A stretch of DNA of 64,000 nucleotides, taken from NCBI GenBank assembly GCA_003154195.1, contig PMCS01000008.1, positions 15,366 through 79,365 of the forward strand, written 5' to 3'. Source of the DNA: Candidatus Omnitrophota bacterium. GTDB lineage: Bacteria; Omnitrophota; Gorgyraeia; Duberdicusellales; 4484-171. Under the pieces are notes generated by a model. The model had not been told where the DNA came from and did not search any database. It saw only the letters and a program-made list of their open reading frames with translations. Below, in pieces: positions 1 through 8,270 of the stretch (position 1 is its first letter; every line of letters begins with the position of its first letter). The translations under genes and the position numbers were made by a program.

Positions 1-172
1 TATCCGATAAAGAAAAATATTTGTTACTATTTTAATAATAGTAACACAATCTGTTTATGCGTCAATAACAATTAATTTTAGATACTTCCTCTCCGTTCCC
101 ACTGTTCCGTTATAATTTCCTTATCCGCGAAGCGGACATATTTATTTTTTCCGGCTTGCCGGAAAAAATAAA

Positions 173-628
173 TCAATACACTTTCCCCTGAGCAATCGCG
201 CGAACGATATCTTTCTTGGTAACAACGCCAACCAGCTTGTTGCCTTTTACGACCGGATAATAGTGGATATTCCGTTCGATTATCATCGTGGCGACATCCT
301 CTACGGAATCTTCCGGAGAAATAAACAGGCAATCTTTCTCCATAATCCCTTCGACGCTGGTTGCGGCAATCCGCTTCATCTCCGCTTCGAATTTTTTCTC
401 GCCCAACGTTAAATATCCAGTAAAAAAAGCGATAAAAGTCGGCAGGTGCACTTTTTTATCCTGGAAGATCAGGCTTTCCTCTAAAACTATCCCAATACAT
501 TTACCGCTCGAATCCACTACCGGCGCGCCGCTTACGTTTTTATCGACCAATAACTTAGCCAAGTCACGTATATTAGCCTGAGGTGTCACGCTGAAAACTT
601 CCTTAGTCATTATTTCGCTTACTTTCAT
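173..628 (-). CDS. CBS domain-containing protein
   Basis: Tandem CBS motifs (VSEIMTKEV...GAPVVD; YPVVKGNKLVGVVTKKDIVRA); GGAGG SD upstream. Confidence 0.9.
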   Translation of the reverse strand: MKVSEIMTKEVFSVTPQANIRDLAKLLVDKNVSGAPVVDSSGKCIGIVLEESLIFQDKKVHLPTFIAFFTGYLTLGEKKFEAEMKRIAATSVEGIMEKDCLFISPEDSVEDVATMIIERNIHYYPVVKGNKLVGVVTKKDIVRAIAQGKVY

Positions 629-731
629 CTCCTACCTCCCGATTGTTATCGCAGTCTTTAAAAACATTACCTGTTTTTTATTCGCGTAGTTCGCTCAATT
701 CGTTGTTAAAAATTATTTTGCCTTTATTCCT

Positions 732-1130
732 TTAATAAAACTCTAAGCTTGTAACTGCCTGCTTTATATTTTCAAAATCCTTATCATTATGCAATAATTT
801 TAAATCCTGCTCCAGAACTATTTGCGCAATGATACAATCTACTGAACTGCGGACGGTTATCCCCTTCTTCCGGCAGTGAAAATAGATATTAGCGGCTTGC
901 GCGTATGAATCTTTTTTATCGAGAGGGGAAAAAAATGTGAAAGTATCAAGATACTTCTTCAAAACATCGAAATCTTTTTGGCTGGACGCGCCCTGAAGCA
1001 GTTCTTGATAAATATGACTGGTTATTCCGAACGGTATATTCAAATCGATGATTTCAGTAAATTTATCCGTGGCCGGATTTTTAATATCTTTTAGAAAATC
1101 AATCAGAACTGAAGTGTCGACTAAAATCAT
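732..1130 (-). CDS. vapC: PIN-domain toxin (VapC family)
   Basis: MILVDTSVLID, ELLQG, DCIIA, LLHNDKDF PIN motifs. Confidence 0.93.
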   Translation of the reverse strand: MILVDTSVLIDFLKDIKNPATDKFTEIIDLNIPFGITSHIYQELLQGASSQKDFDVLKKYLDTFTFFSPLDKKDSYAQAANIYFHCRKKGITVRSSVDCIIAQIVLEQDLKLLHNDKDFENIKQAVTSLEFY

Positions 1131-1133
1131 AAA

Positions 1134-1331
1134 TCAGCCCTTCCTTAACGCTTTATAATCATAATCTTTTCTAAAAGATATTTTTCCCCTTAATTCCCTT
1201 AGATCTAAACGACTGTGGTTTCTGATAAACTCCAACAAAGCAGTCGCAATCAGCTCTTTCTTGGTATGGGCATGAGATATTTTTAAAGCTTTCTTAATTA
1301 AATTATCGTCTAATACTATATTTGTACGCAT
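1134..1331 (-). CDS. vapB: VapB family antitoxin
   Basis: MRTNIVLDD..L...A...TKKEL motif; directly upstream of vapC; start moved to ATG 1331 after GGAGG SD. Confidence 0.88.
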   Translation of the reverse strand: MRTNIVLDDNLIKKALKISHAHTKKELIATALLEFIRNHSRLDLRELRGKISFRKDYDYKALRKG

Positions 1332-1415
1332 CGCTATACACCTCCTCGTACACATAGGATAACACATAGATTAAATATATCAAGACTTTAAAGTTTTGCG
1401 AATAATTATCATTTC

Positions 1416-1642
1416 CCTTGCGTGCTTTGCCAGCCTCGCATAGCTCGCCTTGCGGCGTCCGCCTCGGCGAGTCTTCGGCCCTCGGCTTCGCCGCGAGGCG
1501 AGCGAGACGGGAAGCCGAGGGCTCGTCTAGGCGGGCGCCTTGGCGGAAAAAAATATTTCCAATCTGAGAAAGTCAGCCGCTTAGGCGGCCATATAGACTA
1601 CACCTTGGACTTCCCCGGTACTCCGGGAAGTCTGTGGACAAA
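1416..1642. repeat. Composite element: GC-rich palindromic module Y (1416-1546) + module X (1560-1642)
   Basis: Both modules recur at 4554-4727 in swapped order. Confidence 0.92.
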
Positions 1643-1657
1643 ATTCGCAGTTCCCCT

Positions 1658-2080
1658 TTATCCTATCTTTAAAATCCAAATCCCAGCAACAATCAAAATC
1701 ACCCCCACAAATTTCACCGGCGTCCAGGCTTCGCCTAAAATGATAATGCCGATTAAAAAGGTCAGAAACGGATAACTGCCGGAGATGGGAACGATGCGGG
1801 AAATGTCGCCGGATTTTAACGCGTTATAAAAACAAATCTGGCCCAGGATACTGGCCATAAACCCGGCCAAAATAAGCAATACCATCGGTTTGGCGCCGAC
1901 GGATTTGATCTCCGAAGGCTTAACCATAAAAGGGAGCAACAGGACTAATCCCAGCAGAACCCCCAGGGAACGATAAAACAATCCGGCCAGGGCGCTGGCT
2001 TTAGCCAGGCCTAATTTTTCCAGCAACGGAACAAAACCCCAAATTAACGCGGCCAACCCCGCCCAGTAAAAAGATGTCAT
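1658..2080 (-). CDS. EamA/DMT family small membrane transporter
   Basis: Hydrophobic; AALIWG...KLGL and FYNALKSGDISRIVPI...ILGE motifs; start moved to 2080 because the ORF-track start lies in a repeat. Confidence 0.85.
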   Translation of the reverse strand: MTSFYWAGLAALIWGFVPLLEKLGLAKASALAGLFYRSLGVLLGLVLLLPFMVKPSEIKSVGAKPMVLLILAGFMASILGQICFYNALKSGDISRIVPISGSYPFLTFLIGIIILGEAWTPVKFVGVILIVAGIWILKIG

Positions 2081-2093
2081 AAGTTTATAAAGT

Positions 2094-2194
2094 GTTGGGC
2101 CCGTTGAGTCCATTGAGCCGGTTGCATAGTTAACAATGAATCTTTTAACACATTTAACGGGCTAAACTGGCTCAACCGGCCAAGCAGGCTAAAC
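2094..2194. repeat. Bracket family A (9-nt GTTGAGCCG arm / CGGCTCAAC arm), copy 1
   Basis: gttgggccc-gttgagtcc-attgagccg-gtt ... aacgggcta-aactggctc-aaccggcca-agcaggcta-aac. Confidence 0.9.
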
Positions 2195-2198
2195 TAAT

Positions 2199-2921
2199 TT
2201 AAATAACTATCCCCTTAAATAACTCCTTCTCTATCGCGATAATCTCATTAATGCCCTTCTTGCCCAAAGCCAGCAAGTCGCTTAGATCTTTCTCGTTAAA
2301 CGATCCATGCTCGCCGGTTCCCTGCAGCTCGATAAATTCTCCGCTTGATTTCATCACGACATTCATATCCACTTCCGCGGCAGAATCCTCATCGTAATCC
2401 AGATCCAACATGTATTTACCTTTGATGATCCCCACGCTGATCGCCGCTAAATAATCGGTAATACATATTTCCGGGATTTTTTTTGATTTATAAAGTTTAT
2501 CCATGCAATCAACCAGAGCCACAAATCCTCCCACAATCGATGCCACGCGCGTGCCGCCGTCAGCCTGCATCACGTCGCAATCAATGACAATGGTGCGCTC
2601 GCCGATTTTATTCATCAACGTAACATTGCGCAAGGCTCTGCCCACCAAACGTTGTATCTCCATGGTGCGCCCCGATAATTTATCCCGCTCGCGCTGGATG
2701 CGGGTATTGGTAGAGCGCGGCAGCATCCCGTATTCGGCGGTCAACCACCCTTTGCCGGAATTACGTAAAAACGGCGGGACTTTTTCGTCCACCGACGCGG
2801 TGCAGATAATCTTGGTATTGCCGAATTCGATAAGGCACGACCCCTCGGCGTGCTTGATAAAATTTCTGGTGATGTTGACTTTCCTTAGCTGGTCGAACAA
2901 TCGGTTGTCATTACGTTTCAT
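2199..2921 (-). CDS. rph: Ribonuclease PH
   Basis: [32 protein letters not shown] motifs. Confidence 0.97.
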   Translation of the reverse strand: MKRNDNRLFDQLRKVNITRNFIKHAEGSCLIEFGNTKIICTASVDEKVPPFLRNSGKGWLTAEYGMLPRSTNTRIQRERDKLSGRTMEIQRLVGRALRNVTLMNKIGERTIVIDCDVMQADGGTRVASIVGGFVALVDCMDKLYKSKKIPEICITDYLAAISVGIIKGKYMLDLDYDEDSAAEVDMNVVMKSSGEFIELQGTGEHGSFNEKDLSDLLALGKKGINEIIAIEKELFKGIVI

Positions 2922-2940
2922 TATACTCTCCTTTTATTTA

Positions 2941-3240
2941 GCCACTGATTAACACTGATTTCCACGGATTATTTTTTCCCGCCAAAGCGTAAAGCGCGCA
3001 AAGGTAAAATACAAAAATATTTTAACCACCCGTTCGCCTGGCTCTGCCAGGCTCACTAGATTACACAGATTTTCACAGATAGATTAAAACCAGTAAAACC
3101 AGATTTTTAAAAATATGCCCTTCGTAAACTTCGTATTCACGATTAATATTTCTTGTATTTATCAGTGAAATCAGTGTAATCTCGTGGTTGCAAATATTTG
3201 TTTTTCTGTATTCTCCGTGCCCTCTATGTCCTGTGGTAAA
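2941..3240. repeat. Stack of bracket arms from several families (rph/GH junction)
   Basis: cactgatt 10-mers; cgcaaag arm; aaccac..agattacacagat arm paired with atcagtgtaatctcgtggtt; cttcgt and ctctgtg arms. Confidence 0.85.
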
Positions 3241-3257
3241 TATTTTATCTTTGTTTC

Positions 3258-4532
3258 TTAGTTTTTATTCCACTCCTCTTTATAAAAATAATACGCCTTT
3301 TTAAGGCGACGCAGGAATGGCGAGTTTTTGCCATCACCCTGGGAACAAACGCCGAGCCATTCGTCATTAACCCAGGCATCATTCATCGGCCCTTGCCAAG
3401 CGCCGATTACGGTATCGTGCTCATCAAGTTTGCCGCAAAACCACCAGCCGTCGAGCCAGTTATAGACAAAACCGCCGACCGAACAACCGCCGGAAGCGGC
3501 GGAATTTTTGGCCATATCGCGCCAGGCGCCTTTGTGGTAAAACGCCTGAAAATCTTCGTCTTCTTTTTGCTTACGGCTATCCCAGGAATCTCCGCCGTAT
3601 TCGGTGATCACCACGGCCCGGTCGAACCCGAAAAATTTTGGCTTACGGAACAGTGCGCCAAAGCCATACGGCCCGGTGTAACTGTTAAATCCTAAAAAAT
3701 CTATTGCCGGAGTATATTTTTTATAATAGGGCAACATCGCCTCAAGAGCGTTGCTTACGCCAACCGGATGATTTTTATCAAGTTGATGGATCATCTCGGC
3801 TACCTTGTTCACAAAGCGCGCGAATTCTCCCGGGCGCTGGCGGGCATTGGTATTGTTGAAAGTAGAATTTTCTTTACTGCCTACGGCGTCGTTTTCGTTG
3901 CCCAGCAGCCACATCAGGATATACGGCTCGTCTTTAAATTCAACAACCATCTTCCGGACGTCTTCAAGCATGCTCTCCAAATGCTTGGAGTTGGTATAGT
4001 CGGTCCCCTCTTCCCAGCTCGCGCCGGAACCACGCGTATAGGCGCCTAAAAAATTACCCATCATCACCATAATCCCGTATTTTTTATATAAATCGCGCAA
4101 CAATTCTTTATTGATGTTATCGGGATGATAAATCCGCAAGGTATTGGCGCCCATCTCTTTCATCAATTGAAAATCGCCCACCGCCGGTTCATCTTTATCC
4201 TGGATATTGTTTCCATTCTTGTCTACCCATGATTCATAGGCAACATCATTAATGCCGTTGTGGTTATAATCGTAATTCATCCACATATTGGACGCGGTAA
4301 GCCGCTCGCCGACCTTAATCGGGTCGGTGCATAATCCTTTAATAAAATAAGGATTATTGTCGACTAAAATCTGCCAGCCGCCGTTATCATACTTGACCAA
4401 TCGCACCCGGCCTTTACCCCGCTGTTCGACGATTTTTAGCTTTTGCGCGGGATAAGCCGCGGGAATCAAACCAACACCAAATATCCAACAACAAAAAAAA
4501 CTAAGAATAATCTTCATTTTTATATTTTCCAT
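3258..4532 (-). CDS. Secreted glycoside hydrolase, GH-A clan TIM barrel (GH2-like)
   Basis: Signal peptide; MGANTLRIY, WLLGNEN (acid/base), VITEYGGD (nucleophile); start approximate. Confidence 0.8.
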   Translation of the reverse strand: MENIKMKIILSFFCCWIFGVGLIPAAYPAQKLKIVEQRGKGRVRLVKYDNGGWQILVDNNPYFIKGLCTDPIKVGERLTASNMWMNYDYNHNGINDVAYESWVDKNGNNIQDKDEPAVGDFQLMKEMGANTLRIYHPDNINKELLRDLYKKYGIMVMMGNFLGAYTRGSGASWEEGTDYTNSKHLESMLEDVRKMVVEFKDEPYILMWLLGNENDAVGSKENSTFNNTNARQRPGEFARFVNKVAEMIHQLDKNHPVGVSNALEAMLPYYKKYTPAIDFLGFNSYTGPYGFGALFRKPKFFGFDRAVVITEYGGDSWDSRKQKEDEDFQAFYHKGAWRDMAKNSAASGGCSVGGFVYNWLDGWWFCGKLDEHDTVIGAWQGPMNDAWVNDEWLGVCSQGDGKNSPFLRRLKKAYYFYKEEWNKN

Positions 4533-4553
4533 ACCCTTTTTCTTAATCTGTAA

Positions 4554-4727
4554 CAATCTGAGAAAGTCAGCCGCCTAAGCGGCCATATAGATTACACCTT
4601 GGACTTCCCCGGTACCCCGGGAAACCCGTGGACAAATTTTTAGGTTTTTCTTTGCTGACTTTGCCAGCCTCGCCTAGCTCGCCTCGCGGCGAAGCCGAGG
4701 GCTCGTCTAGGCGGGCGCCTTTGCGGG
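4554..4727. repeat. Composite element: module X (4554-4636) + module Y (4650-4727)
   Basis: Module X 76/83 identical to 1560-1642 by manual alignment. Confidence 0.92.
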
Positions 4728-4755
4728 AAAATATTTTTCCTTCCCTCACCTTCCA

Positions 4756-5316
4756 TCAATCATCCTTAGCTATATTCTCCGCCAGCATGTTGCAGAACAA
4801 AAGCCCCTGCTCAATGGCATCCTCCAGGGCAACATGGGACTTGCGGCTCACATCAAACCAGCGCTTGGGCATATTTTTTTTGCGTATGGAATGAAAATCT
4901 TTTTTCAGCATTGCCATGGCATAGGTTTTTATATCCAGAGAAGAGAAAGAAAACGGGCTTTCCCCGGTAAATTTTATCAGGTACCAATATATATAGGTAA
5001 AATCAAAACCGGCAGGGTAAGCGGTGAATACCGGCTTGCCGGGAAGTCTTTTCAACCACACCGAATAATCCTTCATCGCGCGGCGCGGCTCCTGCCGGTT
5101 TTCATGACAAGCCTTCCATGCCTCAGGGTTCTTTGCCCAAAACGCCATTGTATCCTTATCCTGTTTTGCGCCGGAAAGAGTTTTGAGGTTGGCAGCAAAA
5201 GTCCCCAGCATGGTTTTATCCGCCTTAAACGCCGCGGAGCCGAAACTGAGCATGGAATTAGCCCCGGGGATGGGGCCGTCGGCTTCGATATCCGTACTTA
5301 CGTATATTTCGCTCAT
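4756..5316 (-). CDS. 3'-5' exoribonuclease, DEDDh (Rv2179c-like)
   Basis: [19 protein letters not shown] motifs. Confidence 0.8.
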   Translation of the reverse strand: MSEIYVSTDIEADGPIPGANSMLSFGSAAFKADKTMLGTFAANLKTLSGAKQDKDTMAFWAKNPEAWKACHENRQEPRRAMKDYSVWLKRLPGKPVFTAYPAGFDFTYIYWYLIKFTGESPFSFSSLDIKTYAMAMLKKDFHSIRKKNMPKRWFDVSRKSHVALEDAIEQGLLFCNMLAENIAKDD

Positions 5317-5381
5317 AATATTTTTACCACAATTTTTTCCCGCAAAAACGCGAAGTGCGCAAAGCTCGTTAAAAACAAATT

Positions 5382-5771
5382 CTATTTTCCGCTCAAAGCA
5401 CGACCATTAAGTATTGCAAGCACTTTATCCATAGAATTTGAGAATATTTTGATTTTTATCTTAGAATTATAACGAACTATATCAATATGGGGTCCTGACT
5501 TTTCAAACGATTCAATATCATCGTAAGGTATAAACGTAGTTCCCAAAAAAGAAACCACCAAAAATGTATCATAAAAAGCCACTCTGCCAGCTTGTATATT
5601 TCCTCCAGCCCACACCGGTATCATATCATTCTTGTAAGCTACATTGCATTTTTCCTGATGGAGCGGAATTTTACCTATTTCCTCTTTTATCTTTCTATTG
5701 GAAGAAAATAATACAAACAACAATACAAGACAAACTAAAATTAAAAACCCTACTGCCAATAAAGTTCCCAT
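5382..5771 (-). CDS. Hypothetical membrane-anchored protein (AT-rich)
   Basis: N-terminal TM helix, 129 aa ORF, flanked by inverted repeat arms. Confidence 0.7.
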   Translation of the reverse strand: MGTLLAVGFLILVCLVLLFVLFSSNRKIKEEIGKIPLHQEKCNVAYKNDMIPVWAGGNIQAGRVAFYDTFLVVSFLGTTFIPYDDIESFEKSGPHIDIVRYNSKIKIKIFSNSMDKVLAILNGRALSGK

Positions 5772-5802
5772 ACAGACACCCGAGATTTTTTAATTCTTCT
5801 AC

Positions 5803-6060
5803 CTTTGCGATCTTCGCGCCTTAGCGAGAAATTTTTTTATATTTTCATTCGCGCTATTCGCGTGATTCGTTGTTAAATTTATTTTTTGTATTTATTTGAG
5901 AAATCTGGGGGCAGTATTTTGTTTCTCTTCGTGAACTTCGTGCCTTCGTGGTAAATCTTTTGGTTTTTCATCCTTCATCCATCTTCCCTCATCCTGCAGT
6001 ATCTCTCTATGAGCTCTGTGCCCTCTGTGGTGAAATTTTTATCTGCGTAATTTTGCGGTT
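5803..6060. repeat. Stack of seven different repeat arms
   Basis: ctttgcg.., attcgcg.., gagaaatctg, cttcgtg.., tcatcct.., ctctgtg.., atctgcg.. arms separated by short T-rich linkers. Confidence 0.88.
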
Positions 6061-6586
6061 ACAAATCTTCGTACACGCTTTTACCCGCGGAATCAATCCC
6101 CACAATCACCGGAAAATCTTTTACTTCCAACCGGTAAATCGCTTCCGGCCCTAAATCGCCAAAAACAACGAGTTCATTTTTAACCACATGCCTGGCCAGT
6201 AACGCCCCACACCCGGCCGGCGCTAGGAAATAAACCGCTCGGTATTTTTTAATCAATTGCCTTACGTCCTTGCTTCTCCTTCCTTTTCCAATCATCCCCG
6301 CCAAGCCGCCTCGCAGAAGTGATTCGACAAACTCATCCATCCTGCGGGAAGTAGTCGGGCCGCAGGAACCGATGACTTTCCCCTTAGGCGTGGCGGTCGG
6401 GCCGCAATAATAAATAATCGCGCCGGCTAAATTGATGGGCAGTTTTTTACTGGCCTGGATTAAAGAAACCAGCCGTTGGTGCGCCTGGTCGCGGGCAGTA
6501 TAAATGACACCGCTCAATAAGACTTCATCACCGGCTTTAAGCCCCTCGATCTCCCTATTTTTAAACGGTACCTTTAATATTTTCAT
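6059..6586 (-). CDS. Class I fumarate hydratase / Fe-S hydro-lyase beta subunit
   Basis: TARDQAH, CGPTTSRRMD, MIGKG, DLGPEAIY motifs. Confidence 0.92.
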   Translation of the reverse strand: MKILKVPFKNREIEGLKAGDEVLLSGVIYTARDQAHQRLVSLIQASKKLPINLAGAIIYYCGPTATPKGKVIGSCGPTTSRRMDEFVESLLRGGLAGMIGKGRRSKDVRQLIKKYRAVYFLAPAGCGALLARHVVKNELVVFGDLGPEAIYRLEVKDFPVIVGIDSAGKSVYEDL

Positions 6587-6619
6587 GTGATTTTTTACTT
6601 CTAGCTTATCTCTCACTCG

Positions 6620-7450
6620 CTACTTTATCACTGCCGTTGCTCTCCGCAACGCATGGCAGCCTATATTCACTCCTACCGGCAAACCGGCAATATGTGTAGG
6701 TGCTTTCAAAATTTTTACCGCCAGCGCCGTGGTTTTGCCACCTAACCCCATCGGCCCAATCTCCAAACGGTTAATTTTTTCTAAAATTCTTTTCTCCATC
6801 GCAGCCAGATTGCCGTCGAAATTCGGCTTCGCCAAATCTTGCAGTAAAGCCTTTTTTGCCAATAGGAGCGCGCCGTCAGCAGTCGAGCCGATACCCACGC
6901 CCACAATAAACGGCGGGCAGCTTTCCGGCCCGGCGCGCCGGGCCGCGTCCACGATAAAATCTTCTATCGCTTCAATCGAAACGGTCGGATTAAACATCTT
7001 CAACGCCGATTTATTTTCACTGCCAAATCCTTTAGGTAAAATTGTGATTTTTAAACCTTTCACCCCGGGGATAAAATCAAGATGGATAACTGCGCCACCA
7101 TAAAAAGAAGCGCCGCGCTTAAGCGGGCCAACGGCGGAAGCGCGTAAATAGCTTTTCGCGTACCCCGACTCGATACCTTTCTTCACGGCTTCAATATCCC
7201 GGGCGCAAACCCGGATATCACTGCCCGCCTCTAAAAAAACTATCGGCAGCCCCGTATCCTGGCAAATCGCGAGATTTTCTTTTTTAGCAATCCGCGCGTT
7301 ATCTAAAATCCATCTCAGCGCCTGCTTAGCCCGCTTATTGGTTTCTACGCTATATGCTTTTTTAATCAACCGCGATACATCGGCGGGCAACTCAAAGGCA
7401 GCCCTTGCCACTATTTTTTCCACTTGTTTTTTTATCTTATCAATTTTCAT
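6620..7450 (-). CDS. Class I fumarate hydratase / Fe-S hydro-lyase alpha subunit
   Basis: ICQDTG, KGFGSEN, CPP, GPMGLGG, THIAGLPV..CHA motifs; start moved out of the repeat. Confidence 0.92.
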   Translation of the reverse strand: MKIDKIKKQVEKIVARAAFELPADVSRLIKKAYSVETNKRAKQALRWILDNARIAKKENLAICQDTGLPIVFLEAGSDIRVCARDIEAVKKGIESGYAKSYLRASAVGPLKRGASFYGGAVIHLDFIPGVKGLKITILPKGFGSENKSALKMFNPTVSIEAIEDFIVDAARRAGPESCPPFIVGVGIGSTADGALLLAKKALLQDLAKPNFDGNLAAMEKRILEKINRLEIGPMGLGGKTTALAVKILKAPTHIAGLPVGVNIGCHALRRATAVIK

Positions 7451-7479
7451 CGTTGATATCACCGCCGAAATTTTTACAT

Positions 7480-7560
7480 AGTAGAGCATGTAGAGCATAT
7501 AGAACATGTAGAAAATATTTACTTGGCAATTCCCTACATTCTCTATATGGCCTGCATATG
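7480..7560. repeat. Bracket family H (9-nt GTAGAGCAT / CTACATTCT)
   Basis: gtagagcat-gtagagcat-atagaacat-gtag ... ctacattct-ctatatggc-ctgcatatg. Confidence 0.8.
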
Positions 7561-7568
7561 AATATTTT

Positions 7569-8234
7569 TTATTTTATACCTAATTTCTTATGAATCTGAG
7601 CGATAACCCGAACATCTACCCCATGCATACGGCAAAATGACTGGAAAAATAATAACTTAGGCCCCAGAATATCCTCGTAAGGATTCTGTGGTTGTAAAAC
7701 AAAAGGTATTTTTGCGTTAAGCGTATTCAAGATTTCGACGGCACGGGAAATATCGGTTATTTGAGTGTTTGGGCCGACAACTGCCTTTACAAATACTTCC
7801 TTCCCCAGCGCAACCTTTAAAAATTCCTGATGTTCATCCCAAAACGACCGGCCGCCGCCGGAAGACGGCAATTTAAAATCCATGGAAATCATATCGACAC
7901 AATCAATAATTTCTTTTAAATTATCCGGCGATGTCCCATTGGTCTCCAGGTATACCTTCTTACCACTATCCTGGATTTTTTTCGCCAATACCTTTAACAC
8001 CCCGGCCTGCAAAAGCGGCTCCCCACCGGTCAATGCTACCGCGCCATATCCGTCATATCCGGCAATCTGCCGGAAAACATCGTCAACCTCTTTTTCTTCA
8101 TAAGAAATAAGTTTTGTATCGCAATAAGAACAATCCAGATTACAGCCGTAGAAACGGACAAATACCTGCGGCCGGCCCTGGTAAATCCCCTCGCCCTGCA
8201 GACTTTTAAATATTTCCGATATCTTTGCTTTCAT
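7569..8234 (-). CDS. queE: 7-carboxy-7-deazaguanine synthase (radical SAM)
   Basis: EIFKSLQGEG, CNLDCSYCDT, TGGEP, LETNG, QIHK; near queC/queD. Confidence 0.92.
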   Translation of the reverse strand: MKAKISEIFKSLQGEGIYQGRPQVFVRFYGCNLDCSYCDTKLISYEEKEVDDVFRQIAGYDGYGAVALTGGEPLLQAGVLKVLAKKIQDSGKKVYLETNGTSPDNLKEIIDCVDMISMDFKLPSSGGGRSFWDEHQEFLKVALGKEVFVKAVVGPNTQITDISRAVEILNTLNAKIPFVLQPQNPYEDILGPKLLFFQSFCRMHGVDVRVIAQIHKKLGIK

Positions 8235-8270
8235 TTTATAGGTTAATCCGAAAAACGCAATATTATAACC

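Noticed and set aside
1422-1775. Plus-strand 117-aa ORF and similar ORFs at 4567-4749 and 4628-4894
   Set aside because: Translations of GC-rich palindromic repeats or antisense to real genes.
7451-7507. MFYMLYMLYY N-terminus of fumarase alpha, and other extended ORF-track starts (EamA, ddl, fabF, mraZ, rpmF, nrnA)
   Set aside because: The extensions run through repeats or upstream genes; downstream ATGs fit family starts better.
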